Part shown: positions 28,170 to 37,699 of the stretch, in pieces
How the letters are laid out: the number at the start of each line of letters is the position of its first letter
How positions within the stretch are numbered: the first letter of the stretch is position 1
DNA from: Bacillota bacterium
GTDB taxonomy: Bacteria > Bacillota > JAAYKD01
Direction of reading: 5' to 3'
DNA length: 64,000 nt
Assembly (NCBI GenBank): GCA_963666425.2
Contig: OY762825.2
Location: 2,560,001 to 2,624,000, forward strand
Position numbers and translations under genes: made by a program
The notes under the pieces: model-generated
Told to the model about the DNA's origin: nothing
Database searches by the model: none
The model's input: only the letters and a program-made list of their open reading frames with translations

Positions 28170-28838
28170 TTACAAGACAGAGCGTAAAGCATAAGCGGGG
28201 GCTTCTCGGCGTGAATCGGGGACGGAATAATTTTTGACTGTCTGATAAAAAGTGTGCATTGCCTGCAGCGCCAAAAAAACCTGGTTGAGTTGTTGATCGT
28301 TGAGCGAATAAAGAAGATCCTGCAAGCAAAGCAAGATAGCAGAAGGCAGATAATATTCCGGTTCGCTGGCAGAGAAAAGAAATTCCGTATTCATCGTACC
28401 CTGTGGTAAGGTAACCTGCAGCAGAGTAGTGACCTTATTGATGATGGCAGCATGGCTGCTGTCGCAGAGCAGCAATTCCAGATTCTTACCTAAAATATTG
28501 ATCCGTTTTTCCATCGTTGCTTCATTCTGCAGCATAAAGGGAATCATGGAGTCAAGATAAGCGACAAGCTGGTTCGCTTCTTCCAAACCGGTCAATTGAA
28601 ATAGTACTTCGGCATAGGTGACTAAGAATAGATGCAGCTGCAAACGAAAGACTTCATAATCAGGATCCAGACGATGAAACTCAACGCAAGCTCGCTCTCG
28701 CTGAAAATAACTGACTTGCAAGCTGGCAACCGTTTGGATTTTCAGGCGGGGAGGAACTGGCGGAGGTGTGAGCGGAATGCTCGGTTTTGCTGTCTCGTTA
28801 TTTTTTTTAAAGATCGAGCCAAAATTACTGTTCTGCAT
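28170..28838 (-). CDS. Hypothetical protein (222 aa, Pro-rich N-terminus)
   Basis: GGAGG RBS before ATG at 28838, co-directional with the Rid gene, terminator at ~28115-28160; no recognised motif. Confidence 0.65.
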   Translation of the reverse strand: MQNSNFGSIFKKNNETAKPSIPLTPPPVPPRLKIQTVASLQVSYFQRERACVEFHRLDPDYEVFRLQLHLFLVTYAEVLFQLTGLEEANQLVAYLDSMIPFMLQNEATMEKRINILGKNLELLLCDSSHAAIINKVTTLLQVTLPQGTMNTEFLFSASEPEYYLPSAILLCLQDLLYSLNDQQLNQVFLALQAMHTFYQTVKNYSVPDSRREAPAYALRSVL

Positions 28839-28877
28839 AATGAAACCTCCACTGTGGTAGCGCATTGATAGCGGCAA

Positions 28878-29327
28878 TCAGTCTTTTATTTTAACAATCA
28901 TTTCGATTTCAACGGCAATGCCCTCCGGTAATTCAGAAACCCCAATGGCTGAGCGAGCATGTTGTCCGGCTTCGCCAAATAAGTCAAGCAAAAGCTGTGA
29001 AGCGCCGTTGAGAACTTTCGGCTGATCGGAAAAGCCATCAGCCGATCGAATAAAACCGAGTAATTTCCAAATTTCTTCAATACGGTCCAAATCCCCGATT
29101 AAAGATTGGATGGCTGCCAGGCAATTGATCACAGCTTCCCTGGCTGCTGCTTGACCAATTGCAATGCTGAAGTCACTGCCGACCCGACCGACATAACTGC
29201 GGGAGCCGCAACCGCTGGTATAGATCAGATTACCGACCTGTTTGGCTGGGCGGTAGATCCCCAGAGGAGCAACAGGCGGCGGCAGGACGATACCCAATGT
29301 TTTTAGACGGCTTTCGATGCTTGACAT
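28878..29327 (-). CDS. Rid (YjgF/YER057c/UK114) family protein
   Basis: RLKTLGIVLP, YTSG, NGASQLL, HARSAIGVSELP, VEIEMIV. Confidence 0.9.
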   Translation of the reverse strand: MSSIESRLKTLGIVLPPPVAPLGIYRPAKQVGNLIYTSGCGSRSYVGRVGSDFSIAIGQAAAREAVINCLAAIQSLIGDLDRIEEIWKLLGFIRSADGFSDQPKVLNGASQLLLDLFGEAGQHARSAIGVSELPEGIAVEIEMIVKIKD

Positions 29328-29446
29328 GTTCCTCATCCTTTTCATTTTTACTTAATTTCTGCATCGTAAAATGGTTGTCCTGCCTTTTTTTGAAAAACAT
29401 TATAAAAAATGTCATTTTTGTTTTTAATACGAAGTTTTTTAGACCA

Positions 29447-29475
29447 TTTACCGAACAGACAACTTGGTTTATGCT
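29447..29475 (+). promoter_or_regulatory. Putative SigA promoter ~210 nt upstream of the MATE gene
   Basis: TTTACC-17 bp-TATGCT. Confidence 0.45.
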
Positions 29476-29686
29476 CGAGCTATTAAGGCGTATTCAGAAG
29501 AAGCATCTGTCTCGCAAGGCCAATGCCGGATGCGCAGCTGTCGGATTCCGTTCTGTGACCCTTCTGAGAAGGAGTCTGATCCTTCGAGAGTGAAAACATT
29601 AGAAAGCTATGTTTGAATTTCGCTTTGAGCAGCGGTTTGTGACCGGACAAGAGTAACCGGTCAGCAGAAAGAAGGTTCTTTGATCT

Positions 29687-31081
29687 ATGGAAGATGCTCG
29701 TACGGCTCGCCTAACGGAGATGGAAGCCATCACAACCAAAGAAATGCGCAGCAAGATTTTCGATATGGCGTGGCCGGCCACAGTAGAAGCCGTTTTACAA
29801 ATGATGATTGGTATGGTCACCTCCGCGATGATCGGTCAGGTCAGTACCGTTGCCATCGGAGCCGTTGGTTTAGGCAAACGCATCACCCAATTGGTTTGGG
29901 CGTTGTTTGCCGCTATCGGCACCGGCTCCACCGTCATGGTAGCCCGCTCGATCGGTGCGGGCAATCAGAAGGCAGCCAATCGTTTTGCGGAACAGGCGAT
30001 TACCTTAACCTTAAGTATTATTTTAATCCTAACCCTGGTGCTTGTGCTGTTTCCCGGCCGCTTGATCTCGCTTCTTTATGGGTCCACCGGCGAATTATTG
30101 GAAAACGCCACTCTGTATTTAAAAATTACGGCACTGGGTGTGCCGTTTATGTCGATTACCCAGGTGGTAGGCGCACTGATGCGCGGTGCGGGGAATACAA
30201 GGGTACCGATGGTGGTTGCTTCCACCATGAATGTCATCAATGCAGGTTTAGGTTATCTCTTGATTTTTGGTAAATTCGGTCTGCCCGCCATGGGGTTGAG
30301 AGGGGCAGCCTGGGCGATGGTGATTGCACAGGTGATCGGCGGTTTTATGGCGCTTTATATTCTGTATTTTCGTCAGAGCAGTCTGTCACTGCGCTTTACC
30401 GGTTTGCATTTTGTCTGGAAGGATACCAAACAGATCCTGAATATCGGTGTACCAGCTGCGACTGAAAACTTGTTTTTGCAATTTGGCGGGATTATGCTGA
30501 CCTCCCTGGTAGCCTCTTTTGGTATGGTTTCGTTGGCGGCGCATCAGCAGGGTATGACGGCGGAATCACTGTCGTATATGCCCTCTACCGGATTTTCCAT
30601 TGCGGCTACGGCATTCGTCAGCATGTCGGTTGGCGCCGGTTCGATCCCTTTGGCGCAGCGTTATATGAAAGAGCTGATCAAATTAGATCTTGCGCTGACG
30701 GCTTTTACGGCTTCCATCCTCTTGTTCTTTCCCAAAGTGGTCTTCACGTTACTGAGCAATGATCCGGCGGTGGTGAACCTGGGTGCGAAATACTTAATTT
30801 TAATGGGAATCTGCCAAATACCACAGCAGATGACCGGGTTGCTGAACGGAGCGTTAAGAGGGGCGGGAGACACCAAAGCAACTATGGTGATCAGTTCCGT
30901 CGGTTATTGGCTGGTTCGTTTGCCGCTGTCTTATTTATTATCCCGTTATTTCAATCTAGGTATCATGGGTGTCTGGTATGCCATGACCATTGATATTTTC
31001 GTCCGGTTTGCCATGAGCTTTACGCGTTATCAAATTATGGGAACCTGGAAAAAGAAAGCTCTGCAGGATACGATTAACTAA
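29687..31081 (+). CDS. MATE-family efflux transporter
   Basis: MAWPA, ARSIGAG, RGAGNTRVPM, LIFG.FG.P.MG..GAA, RGAGDTK; about 12 TM segments. Confidence 0.93.
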   Translation: MEDARTARLTEMEAITTKEMRSKIFDMAWPATVEAVLQMMIGMVTSAMIGQVSTVAIGAVGLGKRITQLVWALFAAIGTGSTVMVARSIGAGNQKAANRFAEQAITLTLSIILILTLVLVLFPGRLISLLYGSTGELLENATLYLKITALGVPFMSITQVVGALMRGAGNTRVPMVVASTMNVINAGLGYLLIFGKFGLPAMGLRGAAWAMVIAQVIGGFMALYILYFRQSSLSLRFTGLHFVWKDTKQILNIGVPAATENLFLQFGGIMLTSLVASFGMVSLAAHQQGMTAESLSYMPSTGFSIAATAFVSMSVGAGSIPLAQRYMKELIKLDLALTAFTASILLFFPKVVFTLLSNDPAVVNLGAKYLILMGICQIPQQMTGLLNGALRGAGDTKATMVISSVGYWLVRLPLSYLLSRYFNLGIMGVWYAMTIDIFVRFAMSFTRYQIMGTWKKKALQDTIN

Positions 31082-31083
31082 AG

Positions 31084-31133
31084 AAAAACCTTTGCGGCAG
31101 CATAGCAAGGTATGCAAACCGCAAAGGCTTTTT
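31084..31133. terminator. Bidirectional terminator between MATE and helD
   Basis: aaaaacctttgcgg...ccgcaaaggcttttt. Confidence 0.7.
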
Positions 31134-33532
31134 TATACTTGATAGAGTGAAGATGGCAAATCGCGCAAACAATCAGCAATGCTGCCGCTGTAATAAACAG
31201 CAAGACGATGCAAAGGGCGAGTTAGCGCAACGTAAAGCAGATGTCGATCCGCTTTGCTGTTGCTGTAGATGGTATTTTCGGCGTCTGCCACAAAGCAGGC
31301 GTCAAATTCCAGGCCTTTGGCCAGGAACACCGGCAAGACCACGATTTTACTTTGATATTGATCGGTCTCCTCGGTGATGAGTTCCACTTCCCCGGGCAAA
31401 AGAGCCTGCAGGGCATGGTATAATTTCTGGCAGTTTTGGCTGCCTTTGCATAAGACAGCAAAGGTATTCAGATCGGCATGCTGCTGCCAGATTTTGATTT
31501 GCGTCATGACCGCCGCCGCTTTTTGCTGCCAGGCTTTATTGCCGGCCGCAAAGCCGTGCAGAACCGGTAAATCACCGGTCTGACGCACCGCTTCCGCAGC
31601 GGTTGTGTTTTCCTGCAGAAGCAGGGTATTCGCTAAGTCGATGATTTCTGCCGAACTGCGGTAACTGCGTTTCATTTCACGGTAAACGATCTGCTTATCA
31701 TGGATGATATCATCCATCAGACTGCTCCAATCGGTCAGACCGCGCTGCGGATAGATTCCTTGCGCTAAGTCGCCGACGATGGTCATGGAAGTGGTATCTC
31801 CCAATAAACGGCGGATCATAAAAAACTCCGCCAGGTTTAAATCCTGCGCTTCATCGATGACAACATGGATATACTGGTCTTTTAAGCCGTATAAATGTTC
31901 TTTCAAACGCAATAAAAGAGCGAGATCTTCCTGATCCAGATGGCTGACCGTGCGATTATGATGGTACACCATGGCATTACGCAGTTCTGCTGACAATTCC
32001 GGCCAGAATCGGCTTAGGTTTTCTTCATTACCCATCAGTTCCTGATACAAATTGAGCAGGGAAAGTTGTTTCGGCATTTGCTGCCGGTATTGCTTCACTG
32101 CCATGTCCACCTGTTCCTGCAGACGTTTGATGGCATCGTCACGCTCCTGCAGCAGTTGAATTGCCTTGGGGTTGGGCATGTGCTGTAAATGAACCGGGAA
32201 GCGGCTGCGTACAATTTCCAGACGGCGTTCGTAATAGTCGTGAATCTCTTCTTTGGCTTTGACGCTGCGCCGTTTACTCTGAACTTGCAGCCAACGATGC
32301 ATAATTTTTACTCGTTTGTCGAGCGGCATATGTTTCAGATCATCATAACGCAGCTTCATGTCGTCGTGTTTTGCCAAAACAACACCGTCTGCCGTCGTCA
32401 AATCCTCAGCCGGCAGAATCACCCCAACCAGAAACGAGAAATAGCGGTCGATGGCGGCGATCGCCGCCAGACTTCCTTTGGCTTGCAGCAGTTCCGCTTC
32501 TTTTTGCAGAGGGGGTTGGATCGCGTTGGGTGTCTGATTACAGTAACGGATCATCCATTGCGCCGTGGTTTGCAGGTTAATTTTTTGTTCGATTTGTTCC
32601 AGAACAATTTCCGCAAAGGTTTTCTGTTTGCAGCGTCGGATATCCAAATCCGGCATGACGGAAGCGATGTAGCCAAAAAATAATCGGCTCGGTGTCAGAA
32701 TTAAAGTGTCTTCCGGATAAATTTCTTTGCGTTTGGCATAAAGTAAATAAGACATGCGATGCAAAGCGACGGACGTTTTACCACTGCCGGCCACGCCCTG
32801 CACAACCAAAGGTTGTGTAAAAGGTAAGCGGATGATTTCGTTTTGATCTTTTTGGATGGTAGAGATGATATCCTTCATGCCGGTGCTGGCATTTTCACGT
32901 AAGCGCGATAAGAGGAAATCATCAATGCCGGCGGCTTCTTCCTGGTCGGAAATTTCCTTTAGTCGGCCGCTCTCAATTAAAATCCGCCGCAGCAGATGCA
33001 ATTCTACTTCAATCGGACCATATGGGCCTTCAAAATGAGTGCGTCCCTGGATGCCGGCATAATAGAGATCAGCAACCGGAGCACGCCAGTCCACAATCAA
33101 TTGGCTGCCGTTTTCTTCGTTTTCCACACCCAATTTACCCAAATATAATACTTCTGTCGGCGGAGTTTGATCGTGGACTTTGACGCCGCCTTTGGATTCC
33201 TTGCTGCCGACATGCTCGAAATTGACATTGTGCTGAAATTCATATTCCAAGGTAGAAAGATCAATACGACCAAAATAGGGATCTTTCTCAGCCAGGCTCA
33301 GCACCGTACGGCGAGTCAAAGCGGCTTCAACCCGGGTCATTTCAAATTGCTGCGCTTGGGTCATATCCTCTGGCTTCTTCGCATCGGCGAGATTGCTTAA
33401 AATTTCATCGATTTCTGCCTGAGAGGAATGAGCTTGCTCTACCAGTTTCTCTTTCCACTGATGAATCTGCTCTAAAGTGAGCTGGAGATGATGCGTTTCT
33501 TCCGTGAAAGCGGCATGGGCATCGGCACGCAT
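31133..33532 (-). CDS. helD: HelD-like RNA polymerase recycling ATPase (SF1)
   Basis: PYFGRID, VDWRAPVA.LYY, MKDIISTIQKDQNEII, QGVAGSGKT, IDEAQD, VGDLAQ, SYRSS, KGLEFD, LYVALTR. Confidence 0.9.
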   Translation of the reverse strand: MRADAHAAFTEETHHLQLTLEQIHQWKEKLVEQAHSSQAEIDEILSNLADAKKPEDMTQAQQFEMTRVEAALTRRTVLSLAEKDPYFGRIDLSTLEYEFQHNVNFEHVGSKESKGGVKVHDQTPPTEVLYLGKLGVENEENGSQLIVDWRAPVADLYYAGIQGRTHFEGPYGPIEVELHLLRRILIESGRLKEISDQEEAAGIDDFLLSRLRENASTGMKDIISTIQKDQNEIIRLPFTQPLVVQGVAGSGKTSVALHRMSYLLYAKRKEIYPEDTLILTPSRLFFGYIASVMPDLDIRRCKQKTFAEIVLEQIEQKINLQTTAQWMIRYCNQTPNAIQPPLQKEAELLQAKGSLAAIAAIDRYFSFLVGVILPAEDLTTADGVVLAKHDDMKLRYDDLKHMPLDKRVKIMHRWLQVQSKRRSVKAKEEIHDYYERRLEIVRSRFPVHLQHMPNPKAIQLLQERDDAIKRLQEQVDMAVKQYRQQMPKQLSLLNLYQELMGNEENLSRFWPELSAELRNAMVYHHNRTVSHLDQEDLALLLRLKEHLYGLKDQYIHVVIDEAQDLNLAEFFMIRRLLGDTTSMTIVGDLAQGIYPQRGLTDWSSLMDDIIHDKQIVYREMKRSYRSSAEIIDLANTLLLQENTTAAEAVRQTGDLPVLHGFAAGNKAWQQKAAAVMTQIKIWQQHADLNTFAVLCKGSQNCQKLYHALQALLPGEVELITEETDQYQSKIVVLPVFLAKGLEFDACFVADAENTIYSNSKADRHLLYVALTRPLHRLAVYYSGSIADCLRDLPSSLYQV

Positions 33533-33766
33533 AATAAATCGTCCTCCTTTATGCGAAACACTTGACAAAAGAGTAAAAAGAGGCGAAAATAAAAAGACAA
33601 AGATGAATAAGAATTATACCCTTTTGCTCAGGAAAAGAAAAGCGAAATACATAATCATTTTAAATCTTCTGCAATGAGGCGAAATGGTTAAAAATCAAGC
33701 AATTTCTAAAGCATTTCTATGCAAAAATCGGTGATAAAGTGTGACACGGGGAAAAGAAGGTGTAGG

Positions 33767-35080
33767 ATGATCATGACAATGGTGGATATCATCAACTCGA
33801 AACGGGAAGGACAGTCGCTCAGCCGCGCAGAAATAACTTATTTTATAGAGCAATACAGCGAGGGTTTGATCCCGGATTATCAGGCAGCCGCTTTACTGAT
33901 GGCTATCTGCTGTCGGGGAGCAGATGACCGCGAAATTTTTTATTTAACAGATGCGATGCTGAGATCCGGGATCGAACTGGATTTGCAGCGCATCGCAGGC
34001 ATCAAGGTCGATAAACACAGTACCGGCGGGGTTGGAGATAAATTGACGCTGGTAGCGGCGCCGCTGGCGGCGGCGGCCGGTGTGAAGGTTGCGAAGATGA
34101 GCGGCAGGGGCTTGGGCCATACCGGGGGAACGCTGGATAAATTGGAGTCAATCCCCGGCTTTACCAGTGCAATGGAACCGGAAGCCTTTATCAGGCAAGT
34201 GGACTGCATGGGACTGGCGATTATCAGCCAGACACATGATCTGGTGCCTGCCGATCAGAAACTCTATGCCCTGCGGGATGTCACCGGAACGGTTCAATCG
34301 ATTCCCCTGATTGCAGCCAGCATTATGTCCAAAAAACTAGCGGCCGGCAGCAACAAGATTCTGCTGGATGTAACGGTTGGCAGCGGAGCCTTTATGAAAA
34401 CCGAAGCAGAAGCGGTGGAATTGGCGCAGTTGATGGTAGCGATTGGTCAGGCTGCCGGACGTGAAACAGTGGCTGTGCTGACCGATATGAGTGAACCTTT
34501 GGGTTGTGCGATTGGCAATTCCTTGGAAATTGAAGAAGCAATGGCGGCACTAAATGGAGGAGGACCGCAGGACCTGCGGGAATTGGCATTATTCTTTGCC
34601 GCTAAAATGCTGAAATTGGCTGGCTTGAGTCAGGGGGAAGCAGAAGACCGGCAACGTCTGGAAGGTTTGTTGGATCATGGGGAGGCTTTGGCAAAGTTTT
34701 TGCAGATGGTTTCTCTCCAGGGCGGAAATACTCAAAAATTGCTGCAGCATCAGCTGCCGCGAGCTAAATTTCACCTGCCTGTTTTAGCAAAGGCAGCGGG
34801 TTGGATTCAAGAAATCGATACCCTGAGCTTAGGGAAAATGGTTGTAGAATTGGGAGGCGGACGGAAAGTAAAGGGAGAAGAGATCGATCACACGGTCGGA
34901 CTGGTACTGGAACGCAAAAAAACGGATTCGATTGAACCGAATCAAGTCTTGCTCACAATCGATACCAATGAGAGCGATCCTGATAAACAGGCGCTGTTGG
35001 TTGAATCGGCCTTACAGGCCTTTGTGTTGAGTCCTGTGCGCGTAGAGCGGTCCCCCTTCATTCTGCGGATTATCAATTGA
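33767..35080 (+). CDS. pdp: Pyrimidine-nucleoside/thymidine phosphorylase
   Basis: DKHSTGGVGDK, KMSGRGLGHTGGTLDKLE, LYALRDVT, SIMSKK. Confidence 0.95.
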   Translation: MIMTMVDIINSKREGQSLSRAEITYFIEQYSEGLIPDYQAAALLMAICCRGADDREIFYLTDAMLRSGIELDLQRIAGIKVDKHSTGGVGDKLTLVAAPLAAAAGVKVAKMSGRGLGHTGGTLDKLESIPGFTSAMEPEAFIRQVDCMGLAIISQTHDLVPADQKLYALRDVTGTVQSIPLIAASIMSKKLAAGSNKILLDVTVGSGAFMKTEAEAVELAQLMVAIGQAAGRETVAVLTDMSEPLGCAIGNSLEIEEAMAALNGGGPQDLRELALFFAAKMLKLAGLSQGEAEDRQRLEGLLDHGEALAKFLQMVSLQGGNTQKLLQHQLPRAKFHLPVLAKAAGWIQEIDTLSLGKMVVELGGGRKVKGEEIDHTVGLVLERKKTDSIEPNQVLLTIDTNESDPDKQALLVESALQAFVLSPVRVERSPFILRIIN

Positions 35081-35136
35081 ATTAAGAGAGAGAAAGCGAT
35101 TACTCAAGAAAAATGCAATATGGAAAGGTGAATCGG

Positions 35137-35664
35137 ATGACAAAAAAAACGGATCAGTCGAATAAAAACAAAAACGTATCCAAACGCAGTACGGAGATTG
35201 AACGTTCATTCTTCGGCTTGGACAGCCGGGTGGTGATGCTTGCTCTCTATTTGGGCAGCAGCATCTTATTTTTCCTATTGGAATCACCTCTTGTCTTCGC
35301 GGTGTTTTGGTTACTGTCCTTAATGGCTTATCAGTTTAGCAAAGATGAATTGGTGCAGCTGCATGCTCTGCAGGCTGCTGCTATCCATATGATTGCTTTC
35401 TTATTCCGTTTGCTGATCAACACGATCAGCAGCTTTATTGTCTCTTATATCACACAAATCGGCGGCGGAGAATTGGAATTAGCGCAGCCGGCGCAAATCG
35501 TTGGTTGGATTTCCCTGACGCTGTCTTTGCTTGTGTTGGCTGTGCAAATGCTGGCTTCGGAAACAGCGATGCGCGGCATGCAGTTAAAATTGCCTGTGCT
35601 TTATGCTTTCGGAAAATTAATGGCACGTTTCTTTTTGCCCGGGTCTGCCGCAGCGCAGGAGTAA
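35137..35664 (+). CDS. Small membrane protein (DUF4870-like)
   Basis: SFFGLD, LVQLHALQA, LKLPV; 3-4 TM helices; start after GAAAGG. Confidence 0.65.
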   Translation: MTKKTDQSNKNKNVSKRSTEIERSFFGLDSRVVMLALYLGSSILFFLLESPLVFAVFWLLSLMAYQFSKDELVQLHALQAAAIHMIAFLFRLLINTISSFIVSYITQIGGGELELAQPAQIVGWISLTLSLLVLAVQMLASETAMRGMQLKLPVLYAFGKLMARFFLPGSAAAQE

Positions 35665-35880
35665 GAATACTGTAATGAGAAAACGCTTCGTTCTCGCGGG
35701 ATACATTGGGGAGCTGCGCTGTCGAAACGGCTGCAGCTCCAAAAAGTTGCTTCTTTTTCTTCAGAGAGGTGTGGATGTTTCTTTTACTGAGAGAACAATC
35801 CGATCACCTCACTGAGAAAAGGAAGCCTTTTTATCTACAAATTACTTTAAAAACATATACAGATGATCAGGCAGAATCGC

Positions 35881-35909
35881 TGGACAAAAGCGAACGATTG
35901 GTTTATAAT
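35881..35909 (+). promoter_or_regulatory. SigA promoter of glnA
   Basis: TGGACA-17 bp-TATAAT. Confidence 0.7.
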
Positions 35910-35961
35910 AATCACATCTTGTTGGATACTGTCCGAACGAAAAAACTGAAAGGGATGGTTT

Positions 35962-37293
35962 ATGTTGGCAAAAACAGCAAATGATGTCTTGGCTATGGCC
36001 AAAGAGAACAATGTGCGGTTTGTCGAACTTCAATTGATTGATATCTTGGGATCTCAGAAAACCGTTTCGATACCCGTTACACAACTGGATAAAGCGCTCA
36101 ACAACGAGATCGCATTCGATGGTTCCTCGATTGAAGGATTTGTTCGTATCAATGAAGCGGATATGCTGCTTTATCCGGATCCGAATACCTTTGTGATCTA
36201 CCCATGGCTCAGCGGCAGACAGACTACAGCCAGGCTGCTGTGTGATGTGCACAATCCGGATGGCACCCCTTTTGTCGGTGACCCGCGCGGCGTTCTGAAA
36301 AAAGTGGTCAAAGAAGCGGAAGCGATGGGCTTACAGTTGTATGCCGGAACCGAAGCGGAATTTTTCTTATTTGAACAGGGAGAAAATGGTTGTCCGACGG
36401 TCAAGACGTTTGACAAAGGTTTCTACTTTGATACAGATCCAACCGATAAAAGTGAAGAAGCACGCCGCGATATGGTTATCACTTTAGAGGAAATGGGTTT
36501 TTCCATTGAAGCAGCGCATCATGAAAATGCGCATGGTCAGCACGAGATTGATTTTAAGTATGCCGGTGCGATCGAAACCGCGGATAATATCGCTACGCTG
36601 AAGACTGTGGTTCGCATTGTTGCACGCAGCCATGGCATGCATGCGACTTTTATGCCGAAACCGATTGCCGGTGTTGCCGGTTCCGGGATGCATATCCATC
36701 AGTCGGTCTTCCAAAATGGCATCAATGCTTTTTATGATGAGAAGCGTCCGCAAGGATTATCGGTGATGGCAGAGTCCTATATCGCTGGTTTGATGGATCA
36801 TGCCGGTGCGATGACAGCCATTACCAATCAGCTGGTCAATTCCTATAAGAGACTGGTTCCCGGACATGAAGCACCGGTTTACATTGCCTGGGCTATGGCG
36901 AACCGCAGCCCTCTGATTCGAATTCCCAGCCGGCGCGGCATCGGTACGCGGATTGAGCTGCGCAGTCCGGATTGCTCCTGCAATCCCTATTTGGCGCTGG
37001 CGGTCAGCATGAAAGCCGGTCTGGATGGAATCAAACGCCATCTGGTTCCGCCGGCTCCGATCTCGGATAATATTTATGAGTTGGATGAAAAACAGCGTCA
37101 GAGCCGAAATATTCTTTCCTTACCCGGTAATCTGAGTCAGGCGATTGACGCCTTGAAAGAAGATGCCTTGATTCGTGAGACCTTAGGCGAACACGTATTT
37201 CAGAGTTTCCTCAATGCCAAGAGTCAGGAATGGGCTGATTATTCTCAGCAAGTTCATGACTGGGAATTGAATCGCTATCTTTGGAGCTTCTAA
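35962..37293 (+). CDS. glnA: Glutamine synthetase type I
   Basis: FDGSSIEG, EAEFF, HHE..GQHEIDF, TFMPKP, GSGMHIHQS, SYKRLVPGHEAP, NRS..IRIP, RIELRSPD. Confidence 0.95.
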   Translation: MLAKTANDVLAMAKENNVRFVELQLIDILGSQKTVSIPVTQLDKALNNEIAFDGSSIEGFVRINEADMLLYPDPNTFVIYPWLSGRQTTARLLCDVHNPDGTPFVGDPRGVLKKVVKEAEAMGLQLYAGTEAEFFLFEQGENGCPTVKTFDKGFYFDTDPTDKSEEARRDMVITLEEMGFSIEAAHHENAHGQHEIDFKYAGAIETADNIATLKTVVRIVARSHGMHATFMPKPIAGVAGSGMHIHQSVFQNGINAFYDEKRPQGLSVMAESYIAGLMDHAGAMTAITNQLVNSYKRLVPGHEAPVYIAWAMANRSPLIRIPSRRGIGTRIELRSPDCSCNPYLALAVSMKAGLDGIKRHLVPPAPISDNIYELDEKQRQSRNILSLPGNLSQAIDALKEDALIRETLGEHVFQSFLNAKSQEWADYSQQVHDWELNRYLWSF

Positions 37294-37305
37294 ATCGCAG
37301 CTAAG

Positions 37306-37358
37306 GCAGAACAATCGTTACCTTGGGTTTCGTCGTAACCCGGTGACGGTTGTTTTGT
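37306..37358 (+). terminator. Terminator after glnA
   Basis: gcagaacaatcgttacc...ggtgacggttgttttgt. Confidence 0.6.
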
Positions 37359-37470
37359 TATATGGCAGAATGAAAGGGACTAACAAGACCAATGGATCGT
37401 TGTGGTTGATTGAGTACCATACAGGTATCATAAAAATTTATTGATATATTTTAAAATACATGCAAAATAG

Positions 37471-37498
37471 AAAGGAATTTCCAAAAGAGTGTCGAAAT
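37471..37498 (+). promoter_or_regulatory. SigH-like promoter of the SLH protein gene
   Basis: AAAGGAATTT-N10-GTCGAAAT. Confidence 0.45.
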
Positions 37499-37699
37499 CA
37501 AATTTAATACATAGAGTAATAGCAATGAGCATCGCAGTAAAAAGTAAAGAAATCCGAAAGTAAGACTATCTCAGCCGATCAGTCGTCTATTTTCACAGTG
37601 CGGCGGCGAAAACAGAACGATGAAGTTTTTAGTCAAATCGGATTTTTTCTATTCACAGGATGACTCTATGTAAAGTCTTGATTTTGAAAGGAGTGAACG

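Noticed and set aside
29485-29626. 6S RNA
   Set aside because: Rod-like but shorter than typical and lacks the conserved 6S sequence blocks I recognise; kept only as an unknown structured leader
30638-30648. tRNA T-loop-like GGTTCGATCCC
   Set aside because: Lies inside the MATE coding frame with no acceptor, D or anticodon arms
31133-33700. HelR-type rifamycin-resistance locus (helD next to MATE)
   Set aside because: Genes are convergent with separate promoters and no rifamycin-associated element was recognised; a housekeeping HelD is more parsimonious
37419-37431. 13-mer atacaggtatcat shared with 61387-61399
   Set aside because: Only two copies, non-palindromic and in AT-rich promoter-like DNA; probably chance or similar -10 elements
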